Of a stretch of DNA of 64,000 bases, positions 60,834 to 64,000 are shown piece after piece. The notes beneath the pieces were generated by a model that worked only from the letters and a program-made list of their open reading frames with translations, did no database searches and was not told where the DNA came from. Position numbers and translations under genes: made by a program. Numbering within the stretch: position 1 is the first letter of the stretch; each line of letters opens with the position of its first letter. The stretch is from Selaginella moellendorffii (taxonomy: Eukaryota; Plantae; Lycopodiophyta). The stretch covers positions 1,058,499 to 1,122,498 of the forward strand of contig NW_003314323.1 of NCBI RefSeq assembly GCF_000143415.4. The letters run 5' to 3'.

Positions 60834-63800
60834 TTCAGATGTCTTCATCCTTGCCTTCTAGCTTGCTAATTGTGTCTTTTGAGTCATCTCTTAGGTCAAG
60901 TTTCTCCCTAGTGAACTCCTCAAAATCTTGCCTAAACTCTTCTTCTCCTATAGCTCCCCTCTGTGCCTCTCGATAAGCCTTGTATTCTCTGGCACTAATG
61001 AACATTCATACTTGTTTCTTGAGCTTTGAGATTCTCATCTCCTACTGCAAAGCCTTTTTTTGTAGCTCCTTCTCTAAGGATCTAGCCAACTTGATTGCCT
61101 CAATTAGCTTCCCTACATTCATGACAATCTGAAGCTGCCATAAGCTCTTGCAATGTTTGGCTCTCCTTTAGGATTTGATTGTTCTTTTGAACCTTTGCCA
61201 GTTTGTTTTCATCCTGGGTGCTGAACTCTATAATCCATTGTTCAATTTATGATTTTTATTGTCCATATGCCTTCACCAAATGTTGCACAACCTCCAGTAG
61301 CTCCTAGTTCTTATCACAAAGCTGCTACAAATCAATGACTTGCTGCATGGTTTCTTTAGTGGCTAACTCTATTAGATCCCCCTGCATCTCTTGAATCATA
61401 GCAAGAGTCTTCTCTTGCAATTGGACTTGGGTTGCCATGAGCTGGTTCCATATACCCAAGGCAATGGCACATCTTCCCTATATCCCCAAATTGCTAGCTG
61501 AGGATGGAATGCTTCCATCCCTAAGTATGCTTGCAAAATTTGCTACAGAGTCACTTATGGAAGAAAGATTCTTGGCCCCTTGAATGTCACAACCATATGC
61601 TAGAGCCACTAATCTATGAGTCCACTCCAATCTAGCTTGATCTCAACTGCTAACAACCACTCAATCACATAGTAGCTCCAATGGTAGATCCTTATAATTG
61701 AAGCCTAACTTAGTGTTGTCATGCTAGAAGCATCCATACAAAAAATTGGTGATGGTATCTTGAATGGAAAGTGAACTATCACTTTCCTTCAGCCCTTGCT
61801 TATAGTCAATTGCTCTTTGTTGTGTCTTGCTCTTGATCTCCTCAACATCCATGGTCATCCCTTTTTTGAAAGATAATGATATCACTCACACTAAAAGCTC
61901 TAGTGTGAAAGAAATCTCCACACTAGGCACCTTTCCGAACTAAATCCTTCAATTCAGTCACTTCTGTATTGTAGCAATATCTTCTGACATAATGTCCCAC
62001 TTGCCCAGTAGTGCTTAGATGGCACAAACATTCTACAACACCACTACCTTCTCAACCTGTGTCTTGGAGCACCCTTGACCTGGAACAGGTTATCAATCGC
62101 AGTTGAATTTTCAGTCCAACCAATCTCCTATAGCACAAAGCCTTCACAATGTTCCTTATTGCCCACTAGGTAGACCTCAAGTGCCCACATTGCTTCCTCC
62201 TTTGTCATTGGCACACTCAGCTTGCCAATTTCTTCTTGAGTGATGTTGGATTTCAATCATGACTTCAATTGACTTCAATTGACTTCAATTGGATTTCAAT
62301 CCTGACTTCAATTGACTTCAATCCTGCCTCTCTTAGTTGGAGATGACTCTTTTGCATTCTTCCTAACTCCTATAGTCTTGCATCAATAGATTTCACTTGC
62401 TCTATAGTCACAGATTCTCACTTACTTTCTATAGGAGGATCTATTCCCTTCTTCTTAAGTGATGATAGCAAAGGGGGCAACAGCCCATCTTGGTTCTTGC
62501 CCATCACTCATCAAGATGTAAGCTGCCCAAGCTCCTCCTCCCTACTCCTCACCTTGCTGAGATACCCTAAGTGTGAGATACCCTTAGGCCATATTCTTCA
62601 TGCTGCTTAATTTGGGTTATCAATCTCCCAAGGTCCAATTTAGACCATTGCCTGGGACTTCATCATTTCTGCCTGCACCAAGATCCTTGAGAGGACTTTC
62701 ACCTGAATTAGATTCTTACAAAATTTCTAATCTAGGGAATCCAAAGTCACTTTCACTTTGTTTTCTTCCTTTTCTTTTTTCTCTCACTTGTCTTTTTTTT
62801 CTCTTTTTTTCTCTCTTTCTCTCTTTTGTCTTTTCCTTCACTCTCCCCCTTTGCATTTCCTTCCTTATTTTGCTTCCCCAAACCAAATTCAACCTCTTGA
62901 AACACAAATGAGTGGTGGCGCAAAATGAGCTTTAGAGGATTCCTTGGTAGTGCCTCCTACAAAATCAAGGTGTTAGGATGAGTCCTGCTCCACCCTACCA
63001 CTCTGTAAAGTCCTATGATATCCTATGCGAAGCTCCTCTTCCTGATGTTCATGTCTTGGGCATACACCACTTCATCCATGCCAAATGATGTTGGATTATG
63101 ATACCTCTAAACATACCTCTTAGCCTGGATTTGTTGGGTTGCTTCCATATTCCTTTGGCAAGTTGCCACATTGTCTTGGATCAACCTACTCCCATATGCC
63201 AAGTTGTTTTAGTCTAGATTTTCATTAATATTCCCTAGCCAAAGTTGTGCATCCGCTTTAGATTTCATAGGTAGAATCATGGGGTACCCAAGGAGAGCCT
63301 CTCATGGACTCATCCTGATGCTTTTTTGCCTAGTCAATCTGTATTCTAGCAAGCATTCTGGGATCATTTCCTCCTAGTTCTTAGCACCATTTCCCTATAT
63401 GTGTGACTTGATAGCTCTAATGAGTGTTCTGATGCCCTAGGTTAGTAGGCTGAAGTATTTCGGTGCTAGATCCCTCTTGACTTCAATTTGGCCTCAAACT
63501 CACCAATAAATTCTCAATTGTTGTCACTAGTACCCCATACTAGTAAACCATATCTTTAAAGAACCATTAGCTTACTTTAATGGCCTCCTTCAATTAGAGT
63601 GGAGCTGCCTTTACCCACTTTGTTAGCCAATTGATGGCCACTACTACATAGCTATTTCTAGTTGTTGATTCCTGGTACTTCATAAGATCTATATATACCA
63701 CTTTGAATGGCTTTGAAGGAATTTTCATCAATTTGAGTTCCACATCCTTCTTGATCCTAGCCAACTTCTAGTTTACACAAGGCTTGTAATGACAAACATA

Positions 63801-64000
63801 GGTGGTGACCATAAGGTTTCTAATGGTTAAGACTATCCTCCTTTGCTCAAGGTGCCCTTGCTGATAGATTTCCCAGATGATCCCCTCTTTGTCCTATGGC
63901 CTAGGAATCTCTTCTTTTCCTCAAGTCTACAGAACAGATGTTGAGTTTGTTGATCCCACTAGTACTTAGTTGACTTCCTTTTTATCCTTCTTCATTCCAC
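60834..64000 (-). mobile_element. Highly degenerate Ty3/gypsy remnant (integrase at ~62900-64000 plus downstream region)
   Basis: Minus-strand NSYVVVAINWLTKWVKAAPL and GI*HRNTSAY*P match the gypsy integrase core. Many stops. Confidence 0.65.
62261..62321 (+). repeat. GACTTCAATT 10-bp tandem repeat
   Basis: About five imperfect copies read directly. Confidence 0.8.

Overview
Eukaryotic land-plant genomic DNA. The very short (~45-70 nt) introns, dense gene packing and an intronless PLS-class PPR built from short motifs point to a Selaginella-like lycophyte (inference). Bases 1-10.9 kb are gene-dense: a broken thaumatin-like gene, AMT2, PUS7/TruD (containing a 61-nt U12 AT-AC intron), a PLS-E PPR gene and aminopeptidase P. 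From 10,952 onward the window is almost entirely transposons. These are: a TA-flanked DD35D pogo/Fot-like element 70 bp upstream of the aminopeptidase P start; a truncated Ty3/gypsy element; a 10.35-kb TIR element; and a nest of LTR elements (three with matching 5-bp TSDs) containing a hAT remnant. The most unusual object is the 10.35-kb TIR element (16,575-26,926). It carries a Sola-like DDD transposase, a divergently transcribed spliced cargo gene ending in an FCP1/NIF-type HAD domain, and about 20 dispersed copies of a 22-bp palindrome (ATGGCRTGWGGCCWCAYGCCAT), some translated in frame. All coordinates were read by eye and no database searches were run.
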